DNA of 64,000 bases from Camelus dromedarius (GCF_036321535.1 NC_087437.1:114268001-114332000), one strand, 5' to 3'; shown: positions 38,569 through 53,078, numbered from the stretch's first letter. The notes: a model not told the origin generated them from the letters alone. Program-made: numbers and translations.

Positions 38569-39499
38569 AGATTCCATGGATCTATCAGAGGAATTCAGGG
38601 AAAATGTTGATGTGTCACACATAGAATGAACCTCTTTGCTCTGTAAATATGTTTCCCCACTGCTCAGAGCCTCCCAGGGGAGGGGAAAAAAAGGGACACT
38701 CGGGTTACCCATCCTGCTGCAGGAGGTCACAGTACTTAGACTGAGGGAGACCCAGAACTCCAATCGCCCATACCGTGACAGCAATGGCTTGGTCTCAGAG
38801 GAAAGGCAAGGACATCAGGATGACAAGTAAATCTTGTTTGCACTCAGGAGAGGAATACAGTGGAGTAAAGCCTGCAGTATTAACTGAGGGTTTCTCCCAT
38901 GTCCCCTTGTTCCCGCGGCAACGCTCCCTGGCCTTTCCCAACTCAGAGTCAGTAAGAAGCAGCCACTGAGTCAGGGAAGAGAACTTACAGCAGAATAAGG
39001 AGCGTGAAAAAGAGGCTTTTTTGAATATGACTTTGAACATGACTTTCCTTATTCAGAATCATTGCTTTCCAGAGGCCGCACTTTTGAGCTTGCGTCGCCC
39101 ATGTCCCAAATGCTTCAGGAAATAAAGGCTAGTTGGTTTGCTGTTATGGGTCCCAGGCACAGAAATTGAGTTAATCTCGATCCTCCTCTGCTGGGAGCAT
39201 TTTATTACCAGCATCAGTGTATGCAAAGCCCCTCTCTTCCCTTTGATCTGTCAGCCCCACTCTCTTCCCTAGCTCCCTGTAGGTAACACTGTGAAATGCT
39301 CACCTAGCCTTTTTAAAATATGAAGAGTCATTTGTGTGCATTTTTCATTAATTAATAATAAATTCACTATTAGGTTGTTATTAATCATAATGAATTATCT
39401 ACCCACATTGTCACATGTACATCTCTTTTTTGGCTTCTCAGTTTCTCTCTGCTACCACACACGCATATAAACAGATCAAGACCTAAAATTTATGCAGTA

Positions 39500-40065
39500 A
39501 ACAAGAGATAAGAAAAAATGATCAGCTAGATTGTCCTGCCCCAGACAAGAGAAAGCATCTCTGGATTGGGAAGAGGGAAGATGGACTCAAAGATGAAAAA
39601 AAAAAAAGTTGAGACATCACGGGGGGTCCTGAAAGGGAAGCTCCTTGCCCTGACTCCCAGACCAAGACCTGGGGGTTCACAAGGACCCTAGCGGGTAGCC
39701 CCAGGGAATCCAAGAGGCCCTTTTCTGAGTAGAGTTTATGGAAAAGAAGCAAGACTCCAAAGTTTTCTCATGCTCGACTCGGGACAGCAATCAGAGAAAT
39801 GTCTGCATGGTCTGCTCATGGAGCCCCTGAGCCCCAGTGCCCCGGCACCATGTGGGCCAGATGGGCTGATGTGGCATCAAACTCCTGACCATGATGCTTG
39901 CCAGTGACCTTGTGCCCATGGTATCTTGACTCTTCCTAAGACCCCGGGATGAGGATGAAACCTCAGGAAAAGAGGGAAAGACTCTGAATTAACAGAAATT
40001 TAGTTTTTACCATCCATCTACCAAAAGATGCCTACAGAGAGGAAAAATAGTTAGAAACTTCTTGG
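39500..40065 (+). mobile_element. Possible ancient Gypsy-type LTR (MamGypLTR-like)
   Basis: Weak resemblance to the recalled consensus: ggacagcaatcagagaaatgtctgc, and actctgaattaacagaaatttagtttttaccatcca. Confidence 0.35.
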
Positions 40066-41690
40066 ATTATATCCATGTTTGCTCTTCAACCCCCAACTAC
40101 TTGGCTTTTTACCAAATTCCAGTTCACTCCTTACAATGGAGAAAAGAAATTTAAAATAGACTGTTTGAAAATTAAAATCAGGGATGACTTTGTGCATTTG
40201 GTGAGTAGATTTCTGGACTTCATTACTCCCAGGATGGGGGAGGGCTGGAAGGTCATGTACAGCTGACAGAATCATAAACGATGATCAAAAAGTTTTTGTT
40301 AGGACAGTCTTTGTCCTGATGTCCTCCAAGAAGATAGACTTTGACCTTCACCCACAGCAGTAATTCTAATTATGTTTTATTCTGAAGGAATTGGTTCTAA
40401 ACAGAGATCCAGTAGATTCTGGACGGGTTTCTCACCATAGGTCAATCCATCATAGTTAATGAATCACCTGAGGTCAATCCTACTAGGAGAAATATTTCCC
40501 GAGTGTAACAGATCAAGTCAGCATCACCTAAGAGTATGATTCCAATAAACTCCCCCCACTCTCTCCCACCATAGAGTAATCTAAACATGCTTTCCCTAAA
40601 GAGTCTTCCAACCAGGAGTCACCATGCTCCAGAAGCAGCCCATCCTGTCTGCCTGGGTTCCCCCAGCACCGTTTCTGCTCTGTTTCAGATCACTGCACTG
40701 GATAAATGTTTATTCATGCCGAATTCCAGCAAGGACCACAAGGAACAAAGAGGGCCCCTGATGGCATCCCTAGAGAGCACCTCGTATTCAAACCTGCTTT
40801 TTTGATGGTAACTCTTAATTGCTCACAAAATATGTAGTCAAACCACGAGACACTTGCTCTGGTCAACATTCTATTTGAATCGCCATGAAGTCCATCTTAC
40901 TTGGTGTCAGTGTCTTAGTAAAAGCTCACTGCCCCATTGTTCAAGTCAGTTAAATGAACAAACCTGAGAAGCAGCGATCGCCAAGCACGCCCAGCTGCTC
41001 ACTGTGCCTTGGGTAATGAATAGGATGTCTTGTTTTTATTCAGTACTCTTATCCTGGCCACCAGTCTCTTTTAAAAAGAAATGCTTCTAAAACTAATATT
41101 TACTTGTTCTCCCAGAAACACTTTAATTGGCTTTGTGAAATCAATGGTTCCCTTGATAATTGATAAAAGAGTGTCTCTTTTCCCTGTCCTGGCAATATCT
41201 TGGTTTAAATAACAGGACAGATAATTCTTTCACAAATATGAAAAACAGATTTTCAGAAACAAGCTTATTTTATTAAGCCATGTTATTTAATTTTATCTGA
41301 CATTTGCAAGTCATTTTTGCTAGTAAGCACTCTACATTAATACCTTGAGTTCACATAGAGTTTAACAATATGAATTTCCTATCAGAGGAAAGTACAATAT
41401 ATGTTTGGCAGAAGCTAAGTTCATGAAGAATTAACAGTTACCAGTTCCCAAAGGGAAACAAATTTCTCTTCGCTCATCTCTTGCCAGCTGTCAAGTATTT
41501 AATCTGCACTTTCAAAATTCTGCCTATTACCCTGGATTCAGGAATGAGAGCAGTGGTAACTCCTTAGCACATCCATGCCCAAGCATATCAAGTCCCAACA
41601 TTTATAGGCCATCAACTGCCATCAAGGTAGAAAAGGTATATCAACTTCAAATAAATTTCATATTAAGAATATCCAGAATGAACCACAGAG

Positions 41691-42390
41691 GAATGTAGTT
41701 TGGTGCAGCCATTATGTAAAACAGTATGGAGAGTCCTCACGAAAAATAAAAATAGACTTACCATATGATCCAGCAATCCCACTCCTGGGCCTGTATCTAG
41801 AGGGAACTGTAATTCAAAAAGATACAGGCACCCCAATGTTCACAGCAGCACTATATACAATAGCCAAGACATGGAAACAACCTAAATGTCCATCGACAGA
41901 TGACTGGATTACAATGGAATACAACTCAGCCTTAAAAAAGAATAAAATAATGCTATTTGCAGCAACATGGATGGACCTGGAGACCATCATTCCAAGTGAA
42001 GTAAGCCAGAAAGAGAAAGAAAAATACCATATGATACCACTCACATGTGGAATCTGAAAAAATAAAAAAAGAGGACACTAATGAACTCATTTACAAAACA
42101 GAAACAGACTAGCAAACATAGTAAACAATCTTATGGTTACCCAGGGAAAAGGACTGGGAAGGGATAAATTTGGGAATTTGAGATTTGTGAATGTTAACCC
42201 CTATATATATAAAAATAGATTTAAAAATTTTTTATTCCAAATAGCACAGGGAACTATATTCAATATCCTGTAATAACCTTTAATGAAAAAGAATATGAAA
42301 ATGAATATATGTACATGTATACACGACTGGGACATTGTGCTGTACACCAGAAATTGACACATTATAATTATCATACTTCAATTAAAAAAG
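41691..42390 (+). mobile_element. Young 5'-truncated L1 (ORF2 C-terminus and 3'UTR)
   Basis: The ORF track gives MFTAALYTIAKTWKQPKCPSTDDWI...AATWMDLETIIPSEVSQKEK, the L1 ORF2 end. 17-bp TSD CAGAATGAAC(C/T)ACAGAG at 41674-41690 and 42395-42411. Confidence 0.95.
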
Positions 42391-45300
42391 ATAACAGAAT
42401 GAACTACAGAGAATGTTATTTTTTATGCTTAAGATGTAACAGAAACCAATCTCAACTTACAAATTAAATGGATTCCTGAAAACTTGTGTCAAATGAAAAC
42501 GTCACTGAATCTTACTTTCCCACTGACTTGCATTTTAAAACATACAAAATATGGCTCAGAATTTTGAAATGTGGAAACCAAGCGATAATACAAATCGCAA
42601 ATATTGAACAACCATAGATCTTTAAGGGGAAAAAGTGTTCTCTCTTCCTATAAATAACACATATGAAAATATACTGTTTTGGGCAGACCTTCAAATCTCC
42701 ACCATTCTCTGAACCTTCAAAAACATTCTTTAATCTGCAAAGAACCATGCTCATCTGGAAAACTACTCAGTTCTAAAGGTCCAACCCTAAAATCACAACC
42801 TCTACATAACCAGCCTTCCCTGCTCTGTAACCCCTGAGGAAAAAAAATACCCACGCAGTTCCATGAGCCCTGAGGCAGAATCAGGGAACCTCCTTCCACT
42901 CCTAGCACCAAAGCAGCCCTCCTTCGTAGCCTTGGAGACCAACTGTCATCACTCTTGAGAACCTAGATCCTCCATTGAACCCTGCGCTCCCTGGGGAGGG
43001 GACACTTAATGCACCTTTGGGGGTCCAGTGTCTACCTCAGAACATCCTTAGTGCTAAGTTAGCATTTTGAAATGAATGTGCAAACAAATGAAAGAATTAA
43101 CGAATTTAAAAGGGTATTTTAAATTTTTAAAAACCTAACACAAATACTGCCTAGCTTGACCCCTGTGATTCAGAAATACTTTCAGTTATCAGGTCCCTTG
43201 TACCTCCTGTTATCAACACATAGAGTAATCTTAGTTTGGTTGCTCTAAAGAAACCCTGGGGTCTCTGATTTCAGAAATTAGGATCAACAGACTTCTTAGA
43301 ACCTGAGTGCCCATCCACTCACAACAGAGTGACTCAGCAATGGGCTGAAGATAATTAACAATATCTTAATTAGTAGACTCCTTAAACTGCTATCCTGAGC
43401 GGACTACCAAGTATTACCAGAGGGATTATGTAGTTTACAGAGCAGGAACAGCTCTGAATCTGAAGAAGAGAACAAAGTTACCAAGTGAAGGTATGTGCAA
43501 CATTCATGCAGCAAATACTAGAGAAATGCAAAGAAGAGTACATAGTCAAGGGCCAACACAGCCTCACAAGCAGGCCATGAAATGCCCACATCACGTATTG
43601 CACTAGTAGGAATCTTTCCCCTGCAGACTTCAGAGAACTGTCTGGGTGAATGGCTGAGCACACACTGGCTTTCAGAGTCTCCCTGAGATAGTGCTTGAAC
43701 ACCTACAGGACTATGATTGATATCTTCACCTCTACCATCCTCAGGGAATGCAGAAAACCTTGAGATGTCAAAAGACTGACAGGTGGTTGCAAGGCAGAGT
43801 AGAAAGTCAGAGGTGATGGGTAAAACTGGCCAAGGAAAATGGCCCATAACGTTTTTCTGCAGGCTTGAGTCATGGAAAATTAAAGGTCATTTTACGCTAC
43901 ACTGGGTATCGATGGAATTGCAACCAAAATGACAACAGAAGCCTCAATGTTTTCAAGAGATAAAGAGAAGGGAGGGCCACACTGGAAATAAATTACCAGC
44001 ACTAGGAGGTGGAGTTGGAAAATTCTCTAATGAATATCCAATGGAGAGAGACATGATACTTTGCCTTTTGCATATTTTAGTTTGTTAATTACAAACCTAA
44101 AAGCTTGACAACCAAGAGTCCATATTCTACCTGCTGGCTCTTCTGCCTACAAAAAGACTTTTAAATTATCCAAGATTCTGGAAGCTTCTTAATGCAACCA
44201 CACAGCCTATAGAGGATCAAGTCACAGATCGGCTTGAACAGAAACCTCAAGAAGCTATCATGTAAGGTGTGCCTGTGGAACAGTCAGTTGCTGAAAGCTC
44301 TTGATGTCAGTGGGCACTTTTGTATTTGGAGGTATTTAAACCTTTCACCATCATTTGAGCATGCAACCCAAACCCAATATTCCTCTAGTATTCTTTGAGT
44401 AATAATATGACAAAATTTGCTTATAGAAGCCACCTCAATAAATCTTCAGAATTCTGAATTCAGTAGACTTAAAGATTCTATTATTTTTTCTCTTTACTTT
44501 TTGCTTCTATAATAATATTTTGCTATCAATCCATTTCCATTTCTCCAGATTGTTGTCAAATTCTGAAATGTTTACTATTTCTAAGAGCTGTTGCCACTTC
44601 TTAATAACAAGATCTAGATTTCAGAAATCTGAAAAGTTAACGGTACCTGTAGAAGTGCTCAACAAAGTGGGTTCAAACAGATGTTTAAGGTTGCTTTTAA
44701 TTTCACATTGTTCTAATTTTTTATCTAGTGCACAGAACTAAGAACTGATATCATATAAGCAGCTAAATTTTGAATCTGTGATTTCTAACTATCTTTAACA
44801 AGCTCGCCAAGAGAAAAAAAAATAAGATAGTCCTCTACTTTCATACAAAATAAAAATCCATACAGATATGGATATGTATATACAGGGATTGTGGAAAGCA
44901 AATAAAGTTGAGTACAATTTAAATAATACATTCCTTGTGATGAGAGAACTCCCAAAGAGAGAGAGAAATTAAAAAAATCCTTAATTTTTCACCTTCAGAC
45001 ATGTTTATACCCTTCAAGATTTATTTCTAGTATTTCATGCATGCCCCTTAATATTTTTATTTGCTTTTCACACATGAATACACAATTCACAAGCTTAAAA
45101 GTAATGCATGCCTAAAGCTAGTTCACCACAAATTTTTCCATTCCTCCACCAATTTTATGAATTTTTTTGAAAACCTATACTTCTTATCGCAGGCATTTGG
45201 GTTCTAATATTTTCTACTGATTTTTCTAAATTAAGGCCAAAATTCTAGAAAGAGTCAAACGATTATATAAACACTGCCTTTTGGTCAAAAATAGCAAAGT

Positions 45301-45459
45301 GGCCAAAGTTGAATAATCTAGACAAAGGCAACACCACACACACGGCTCATTTGGCAGCCAAAGCCCAGTGTGTGCCTTAGAATCAGCAAGATCTCCAAGT
45401 GCGAGGACCTTTAAATTCAGGGACCACTCGAACACCCAGGTGACATTAGGAAACAAGAT

Positions 45460-45870
45460 CCAGCTCTCAGTCCTTTCTGCACTGCAGCCATGCTGGGATG
45501 GTCTCAGTTCCTCACAGAGACCATGCCCCCTCAAATTTTGGCTTTCACACAAGTGGTTTCCTCAGCCTAGAATATCCTCTCTGCACCCATCTTCTCCAAT
45601 TTCCATCTGACTTATTCCTACTCTCAATTTAAGCAAAGTCATATATGAACCTCCAGATCAGACTCTATTTACCGTCCAATGTCACTCTGCACTTGAAGCT
45701 TAGCGACACTCCTCAGGCTTGTAATGAAGATTGGTGGTCGTTTTCCTCATAGGACCATCAACTCCGTACAAACAATCTGGAAACCCGTCTCCTTTGTTTG
45801 CCTTATAATCTCACTCCCTGGCACACAGTGCACTTTCGTCAAGTCTTCCTGATACTGGATTAAATCAAGT
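45460..45870 (+). mobile_element. L2 3' fragment
   Basis: ctgcagccatgctgg...cagttcctc...tttcctcagcctagaat...cctggcacacagt. Confidence 0.6.
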
Positions 45871-48800
45871 TAAATGAAAGCTTAGTGAACACAATCTGTT
45901 TCCTGAATGAGATCTTTCTTTTTGTCATGTTTGGGTAGGAGGGAGACAGAGAGATACAGAGAGAGGAAAAAAGGGGAGAGAGAGTGATTCATCTCTGCAT
46001 CATGTGAAACAATGCCATTGAACCATGGAGGCTATTTACATGGCATCCCAACGGGACAAGTTTTCCTTATTCCAAATAGGTCTCCAAGGGCCAAACAAAG
46101 CAAACCAAGGCGATCCTTTGGCCTGACACCTGCAGTGTTTTGGTCCTCACCCATTTCTTCATATCAACAGAGATCTGATCTCTATGCGCAACGGCAATGA
46201 CTTTCTTTGATCTTCTATGTTGGCCTCATGTTGCCTTGAAGCCAAGGAAACTATCATGTCTTCATCTGGAAATGGCAAACTTGATTCAAATATAAAATAT
46301 AAAGCTCATTTTTCAAAATGAGACCCAAAATGAGTCCCACAGTTTTAGGTTTCAGAGGAAAGGTGATATAACAATGATCATACATCCTTGATTCCCAGTT
46401 ACCACCAATGGTACCACCAGCAGTTATCAGACCCACAGAGGAAGAAACCAAAACCACAGGCAAGGAGTTAAGTTCTCTTAAACAAAAGAAGAACACGCAC
46501 TTGACCAAGGAGAAATCAAAAAGAGGGGTGATAAAAGGAATGCAAGCTTGATTCTAAGACAACAGTATTAACAAGGAGCTTTTAAACAAATGTTTAAAAA
46601 AAAAAAAAAACAGTTCAGCCAGTTCTCTTTCATCAAAAGCGCTCTAGTGAAATTCAACTTAAGATTGCTGTCAAGTCTCTAGAGCTTGGCTTTTTGCCTC
46701 CTGCTAGGGGCCACTGTACCTGAGTCACCAGCAGGTACCGGAACCCTGACAGGCCCCTGCCTCAATGTGGTTTCATAAAGCAATACAGAAACAATTTTTG
46801 GCTTTGCTGCAAATGTGCATAATGGAAAGCAAGTATTATTAAAAAGACAATCATTTTTAGTGATTAAAATAATCCAAGGCAGAAAAAATTTCTCCCATAA
46901 GTTTCTAAGTTCTCATTTATCATCGTTTTGCTGCAAGAAGCTGGAGTAATTTTATTTTTCCTGACTTCTATTAAAAAGATCAATACATATGATTCCAAAG
47001 AGTCTCGGCTCATGAAAAGATGGAGCAGGCCTGTAATCACATATGAAAGTATTGGTTGTCATTAGCAGAAAGATTGATCTGAAAAGACAGCAGACTCAGA
47101 GTGAAAGGACTTAAAATTTTCCATTGGGCAGCCCAGCAACTTTCACCTTCCAGATAATTGAATACAGATAACAGATTACCATATTAGAGGGAAGAATTGG
47201 ATTGGGGATATTCAGTAGATACCCACTTCAGCAAAGCAATACCAAATTTCTCAATAATGATTTTGTTTGATGCAAAAACATTAATGCAGCCTGACAGTAC
47301 AAAGGCATGGTCCAACGTGCATTGAAGTCAAAATTGTTGGCTAAGATTTTTATACAGTTACCTGTGGCATCAGAGGCTCTAATGAATGCACGTGTTCAGA
47401 TGACTGTTAAAAACTGAGTTAAGGAACATATTCAGGCAAATGTCACGGCCTTATACCATGAATAGAGCTTCTTTCAGCTTTCTTCAGTGAGTTATTGATA
47501 TGACCCTTAGCGATGATTGTATAAAACTCATAAGAACTAAACTCATGGGCATGCAAAGGGTTTTCTTCACTGCATAGCTCTCCTTTCCAGAAACCCCTTA
47601 CACTGCAGTAAAAACATTAGCTATAAAACAAGGTGGAATTTTTATAGGATCTTGGAAGGGCACAGTGAATTTGGAAATTCAGAGTTGTGGTCCAAGGACA
47701 CTCTAAACTGGAGGTCAGGATTTTCCATATCTTCATCTTTGTCTTCCATACGTACGAGGCTGTTCCCAAGCTCCAGAATTGATAGGCAAGATGAAAGAGA
47801 GGCTGAGACCAGGAGCAAGAGAGATGCTATTAACCAAACTTTGGCCTGTATGTTTTTTAAGACATCTGAATATTTCATCACCCTTCAATCCCTTTACTTA
47901 CTTAGCTGCCAGCAAATACCTGGAAATCTCACAGGAATCAGATCTGTTGATAATTATGAACCACTAAGCATTTTCCCAATGACCTAAAAGCTGATCCTGA
48001 AGAAAGATACCAACATCCATCCCCTACAACAATCAACTTGACAGTAAGTGGACACTGCATTTGTGTTAAGAACCATTGTTTGTCATGGACTTCAACAGAG
48101 CTTAAGAGACATTTTATTTTAAGTGTGTTACTCTATTACTCTCCTATGAATTCTTAAATGCTTTCACTATCTAAATTTTACACAAAATCACATTGTCATG
48201 GCATCCACTAGACACTTTAGTGCACACAGAGCAAAACTGTTTTCTTCCATGTCTAAATTAAACAAAACATAAACACTTGTTTTTATAAAAATGCCAGAAA
48301 ATGTTCACGCTTTTGGAATTTCCTGTAATAATAGTATCAGGAGAAATTCCTTTAAATACAGAGGACAGGAATAAGACCAGCCAAAAATTATTTTTAGTTT
48401 TTCAAACTTAGTAAATTCTTTTCCATTCTCAGCTGAAAGGATTTTTTTTCTTGCAACTAAGAAAACATCTCCATTTTACTAATGAAGTCAGTATTTTTTT
48501 AAAAGGAGAAATATTTTTTTTCCATCTGTGCTTCATACAAGATTCTGTGTAAATATAGGTGCACATGTTTATAGTCCATGCTGGTAATTTTTTTAAGCCA
48601 ATTCTCTTTTCAAGAAAACTAACGTAAGAATCACTCAAGGGCACTATTACTATAAAAGTGGAGAGTGGTGGTTCTCCAAGGCTGGAGTGGGCTATGGAAA
48701 CTGCCCATCTTTGCCCTGATGCAGGGTTCTCCGACAATGACTCTCGAGTCACAAGACACCACAATGAACAGAGTGCCCATGCTGTAACTGTGAAGGTATG

Positions 48801-49295
48801 AAAGCTCAGGGGCAGGCCCACAGACTGCCAGGTCTCCATCCCTCCCCATCCTGCTGATTCCTTGATGAAAGACCTATGATTTGATGCCCGGAGTTGACAT
48901 GTTCTCAAGGGAGATGACGGTATAGCTTGTATGATGTTCCAAGGCACACCCCGGGCTCCAATTTGTACTGGGCTGTGCTAACTACAGTATGTGAGAGTTG
49001 TAGCTCGTTCCTGTCCTCTGTGTGCGATCTGATAGATAAAAAGTGGCTGAGGCACAAAACATTATGTAAATAGGGCCTCAAACACCCTACCTTTCCAAAC
49101 ACCATGGGAAATTACAGTATATTTTTTAAAACAGGAAAGACCATTTTGACTGGTTGGTGTAAATTTTAATCACTCAAAGTTTATTTTATTCTCCAAGGTC
49201 ACCCCAACCAAAATTGTTAATCCATTAAAATCTATGTTATCCATTAAAAAAAAAAAAAAAGACCAAACAAGGGAGAGAAAAAGCTATAATGTAAC

Positions 49296-49821
49296 TGAAT
49301 AAGTCAGGGCTCTCCAGAGAAACAGAACCAATACGAGAGACAGACAGACAGCGACAGAGAGATGGATTTATTAATTATAAGGGATTGACTTGTGCGATTG
49401 TGGAGAGGAGCAAGTCCCAAGATCTTCAAGGTGAATCAGCAACCTGGAGACCCAGGAGAGCCAATGGTGTGTAGTTCCAGTCCAAGTGTGAAGGTCAGAG
49501 AACCAGGGGAGCAGATGGTGTGGGTCTATCCTGAAGACTTGAGACCCAAGACAAGTGCAAAGGCAGGCAAAAGCCAATGTCCAAGCTCAAAGGCGATCGA
49601 GCAGGAGGAGTTCCCTCTTACTCAGGGGAGAGTCAGCGTTTTTGTTCTATTGAGGTCTTCACCTAATGAGATGAATCCCACCCACATTAGGGAGGGTAAT
49701 CTGCTTTACTCAGTCTACTGATTTGTGTTAATCTCATACAAAAGCATTCTCAGAAAAACACCCAGAATCATGTTTGACCAATTTGACCCAGTTAAACTGA
49801 CACATAAAATTAACCATCACA
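49296..49821 (-). mobile_element. ERVL solo LTR (MLT2-like)
   Basis: agtcagggctctccagagaaacagaaccaata...tgacacataaaattaaccatcaca. 5-bp TSD gtaac/ataac. Confidence 0.9.
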
Positions 49822-50288
49822 ATAACCTTGTCAAATGCTAACCAAATATACTTTGCCTTTTGTTTGCATGTCTTAATGTGATAGTATTACTTCTGTCCAT
49901 TCTTTTTTTTTTTTTTTGAGGATTTTTTTTTTTGTCTATTTGGTTTAAATATTTCTTCTGCACTTCAATAAGCAGGCAATAGGCAGGCAGTAAAATTGCA
50001 CTGAAAATTCATTTCCCCCCAGCTCAAGCAAACTCAAGGAACATTTATTTAATAAAATGGAGAATCAATAAAATTATAATTTTAAGAAGTCAGAGTCGAT
50101 GCCAAGTTGTCCTGTAAAGAAATTTGATACGAATTCATGCTCTTTCTTCTCTTTGTTAGGAAAAATAATATTAAAAGTAGAATTAATTTAATGATCATCA
50201 TACTGGTTGGTTTAGTGGTGATAAGTTTGACTAAGAAACATGCATCCAGCTTCTATTTCTTTGAAACTGCATTTTCCAATTCTGTCAG

Positions 50289-50470
50289 AGCCTTGCTACT
50301 CAAAGGGGGTTCCACAGAGAAGCACCTGCATCACTCGGGAGTTTGTTTAAAACGCAGATTCTAGGCTCTAGCCCAGACCCCAGATTATCTGGGGGTGGGG
50401 CCTAGGTATCTGCATTTTAAGAAGCTCTCCAGGTAATTCTTAAGCACAATAATATTCAGGCATCTCCACA
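50289..50470. mobile_element. MER5-family hAT element
   Basis: ttgctactcaaag...aaaacgcagattctaggc...ggggcctaggtatctgcattttaa..agctctccaggt. Confidence 0.75.
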
Positions 50471-50728
50471 TTAAATAATGCTTTATCCAGTCCACAGAAT
50501 CACATATGCCACAGAGTAAACCTCAACCAGAGAAACTTAGTTCTCTCATCCAGTTAAAGCCTAATTTATCAACCAAGTTGGCACACATTCCAATTCATTC
50601 AACTATGGAGAATTTTGTGTTTAACTGTGTTTGCTCTTTCTCTCTAAATGTTGAATTTTACATCCATTTTGATAAAGTTAATGGTAGTATAGACTATTAA
50701 GATAATACAGTATTAAAATGTAGTATTA

Positions 50729-50822
50729 GGGAGGTGGGTATAGTTCAGTAGCAGAGTGCATGCTTAGCATACACAAGGTTCTGGGTTCAATCCCCAGTAC
50801 ATCCAGCAAATAAATAATAAAA
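50729..50822 (+). mobile_element. Short tRNA-Ala-derived SINE
   Basis: gggtatagttcagtagcagagtgcatgcttagcatacacaaggttctgggttcaatccccagtac. 15-bp TSD with 2 mismatches at 50714-50728 and 50823-50837. Confidence 0.88.
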
Positions 50823-52119
50823 TAAAATGTAATCTTAAACTTTAAAATTAACAACTAAATTAAGGTTAATCTTAAAATATTACATTTGCTTTGCATTTCA
50901 TCCTACCATCAAGACACGAACGGACAGCCCTCAGAAAACTTTTCAAGTGGTCATCACTTCTCTAACTAGTCATATTTTCAATTAAAAGTTAGGCAGTGGT
51001 CAACACATATGATCAAGGTCTCAGCTAGGAATACGAGTACAGCAAAGCACTGGTTTACAGCAGTTGGCCTATTTACAGTGGAGCATCTTATAATTCTGCC
51101 TTCCAAGTCCAGTCTTAGAAAAAGACACTAGTTCACGTATAGCCTTTAATCAGCCCTCATGTCCTCTTTGCATCAAGAACATTAAAACATTGAAATAATA
51201 GAGTTTTCCTTCTCTTCCCCCAGCCTGAGTTCCCCATGTCTCCTCATTGCCCACACTGCGCAGCAATAATTCCCCATCAAGATATTCCTTGTCTGCACTT
51301 GGCCTTTGCTGCCAGTGGTCCTCCTCTCACATGGTGGCCTCTCCCCAAGCCCATCTTCACTAACCAAGCCCTGCTCTTCAGATCCTTCTTTTCCCCTTTC
51401 CAAATAAAAATGTTCTATCCCATTTTCCACTCTCAGGAGATTGATACCAACTATCTATCCATTCAAAATCTGCCTGAAAACCATTCCCCTTGGGATAATA
51501 ATAATGAGCAATAGTTTGGCATTGTGTCAGGTTATGATCTGATGCAAAGAGGGACTTGGAGCCATAGGACCAGAGTTTAAGACCTCGCTATGGTTATGTA
51601 ACCTTGGGGAAGGTTTTGCCCTCAAAGAACTCATAATTTAATAAGGTAAATAAGACAAACAAAAATATGGTTGACTGGCAAACACCTGAGAAAGATACAA
51701 CATGCTGGGGGAACGAAGAACAGGAGAGCTCACATCTGGTGGGACGTGAGCTTCAGAAACAGCTTCTCAGACGAAGCAAGCCTGGGTCACAGTAAACTCA
51801 CCCCTTTCCGGGGTCATACTTGAAACAAGACAGATACACTCCCAAACTGCTCCATTTAGAAGTAAGAACTGGGACCACTGGAACTCATGTAATGTTGGTT
51901 TTTCTCTTGGCTCTGAGCAGAGTAAGGCTCAGCATGACACCCACTGGAATCACTGACATATATAGGCACAGAAAAGGACTGTCATCGTGGTCCTTTGAAA
52001 CTAGTCTTGTAATATCGCAAGATACATGTGAGGGGCATGTGCTTGTGAGTGGATGGGGACAAGTGTGTGTGCTGGATCACAGACGATTCTTGCCTCAAGC
52101 TAACTAGATGCTTTCCTGT

Positions 52120-52330
52120 CTAGCAGTAAATAAGGCCATATTGAGCATTTGTTGTGGACCAAGCTCCATGATGAGGATATGGCTGCAAACAATGTAGAGC
52201 AGTTCCTGCTCTCCAGGAGCTGAGAGTCCGGGTGGCCATAGAGACATGTACAAATAATGACTAGCGTAGACTGAAATATAGTTGCTATAGTTGCAAGGCG
52301 AAGACTAAAGTCCACACAGCTTCCATACAG
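52120..52330 (-). mobile_element. L2 tail fragment
   Basis: tattgagcatttgttgtggaccaagc...tcctgctctccaggagctgagagtc. Confidence 0.6.
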
Positions 52331-52499
52331 TGTTCCGTCTTCCACTCTTCAGTTCCAGGAACCACTGTTGCAGTGAAGAGAATTTATGACTCTTGTCCTC
52401 ACATTGAGTGGTGTGGTCAATGCCTTTCTTGGTTCCATGAACACAGTGCTGTCGCCTCAGCATGGAGCCCACGCTATTCCCTGGACCCACTCCACTGGG

Positions 52500-52678
52500 C
52501 AGTGGTGCTTAGCCTACGGTGAACAGAAGGGTCACCTGGGGGCTACAGTGCAGAGACTTGGCCTCACCCAGAAATTCTGATTCAGGAGTCTATACTGGGA
52601 TATTCGGCACTGCGTTTGAAAAACACACCTAAGTGGTTTTCAAACAAGAAGCTGTGTGAACTTCCCTGAGAAACCCTG
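52500..52678. mobile_element. MER5-family hAT element
   Basis: cagtggtgct...tcacctgggg...cccagaaattctgattcag...tgagaaaccctg. Confidence 0.6.
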
Positions 52679-53078
52679 TAACCTAGAGGTGAATGAGCTA
52701 AAAGCTCCAATTTTCCTTATACAGTCAAACTGAGAACATAATTTAATTGATAAGCTACATTTGCTTCAGAATGTCTCAAAAATAGGCACAAATACTCAGA
52801 TACCTTCTCTTGCCACCAAAAGACAGGAAGAGGCAAACTATTCTGAAAATAGAAGAAAGTTCACAATCCTAAGATGTGAATTCTTCATAAACCAGAACCT
52901 CGAGGGGTAGGGCCTGGGTGTCTGCAGTTTTTAGAAGTCCACTCTATCCATATTTACTCAAATTAAAATTTGAGAGGCATTGGTCTCCACTTCGGACAGT
53001 CCCACAGAATGTGGAAGAAAAGGATGGGGGCGTAGTGGGATGAGGAGAGTGAGGATGGTCAAGTGGGAAGAGAGCAAT

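Noticed and set aside
41836..42057. 73-aa ORF with a recognisable protein sequence
   Set aside because: C-terminal remnant of L1 ORF2 in a 5'-truncated copy; not a host gene.
47642..47987. Overlapping ORFs on both strands, one with a hydrophobic signal-peptide-like stretch
   Set aside because: No recognisable homology and no convincing splice or promoter context.
48429..48947. 172-aa minus-strand ORF
   Set aside because: Non-ATG start, no domain resemblance, and it drifts into A/T-run sequence.
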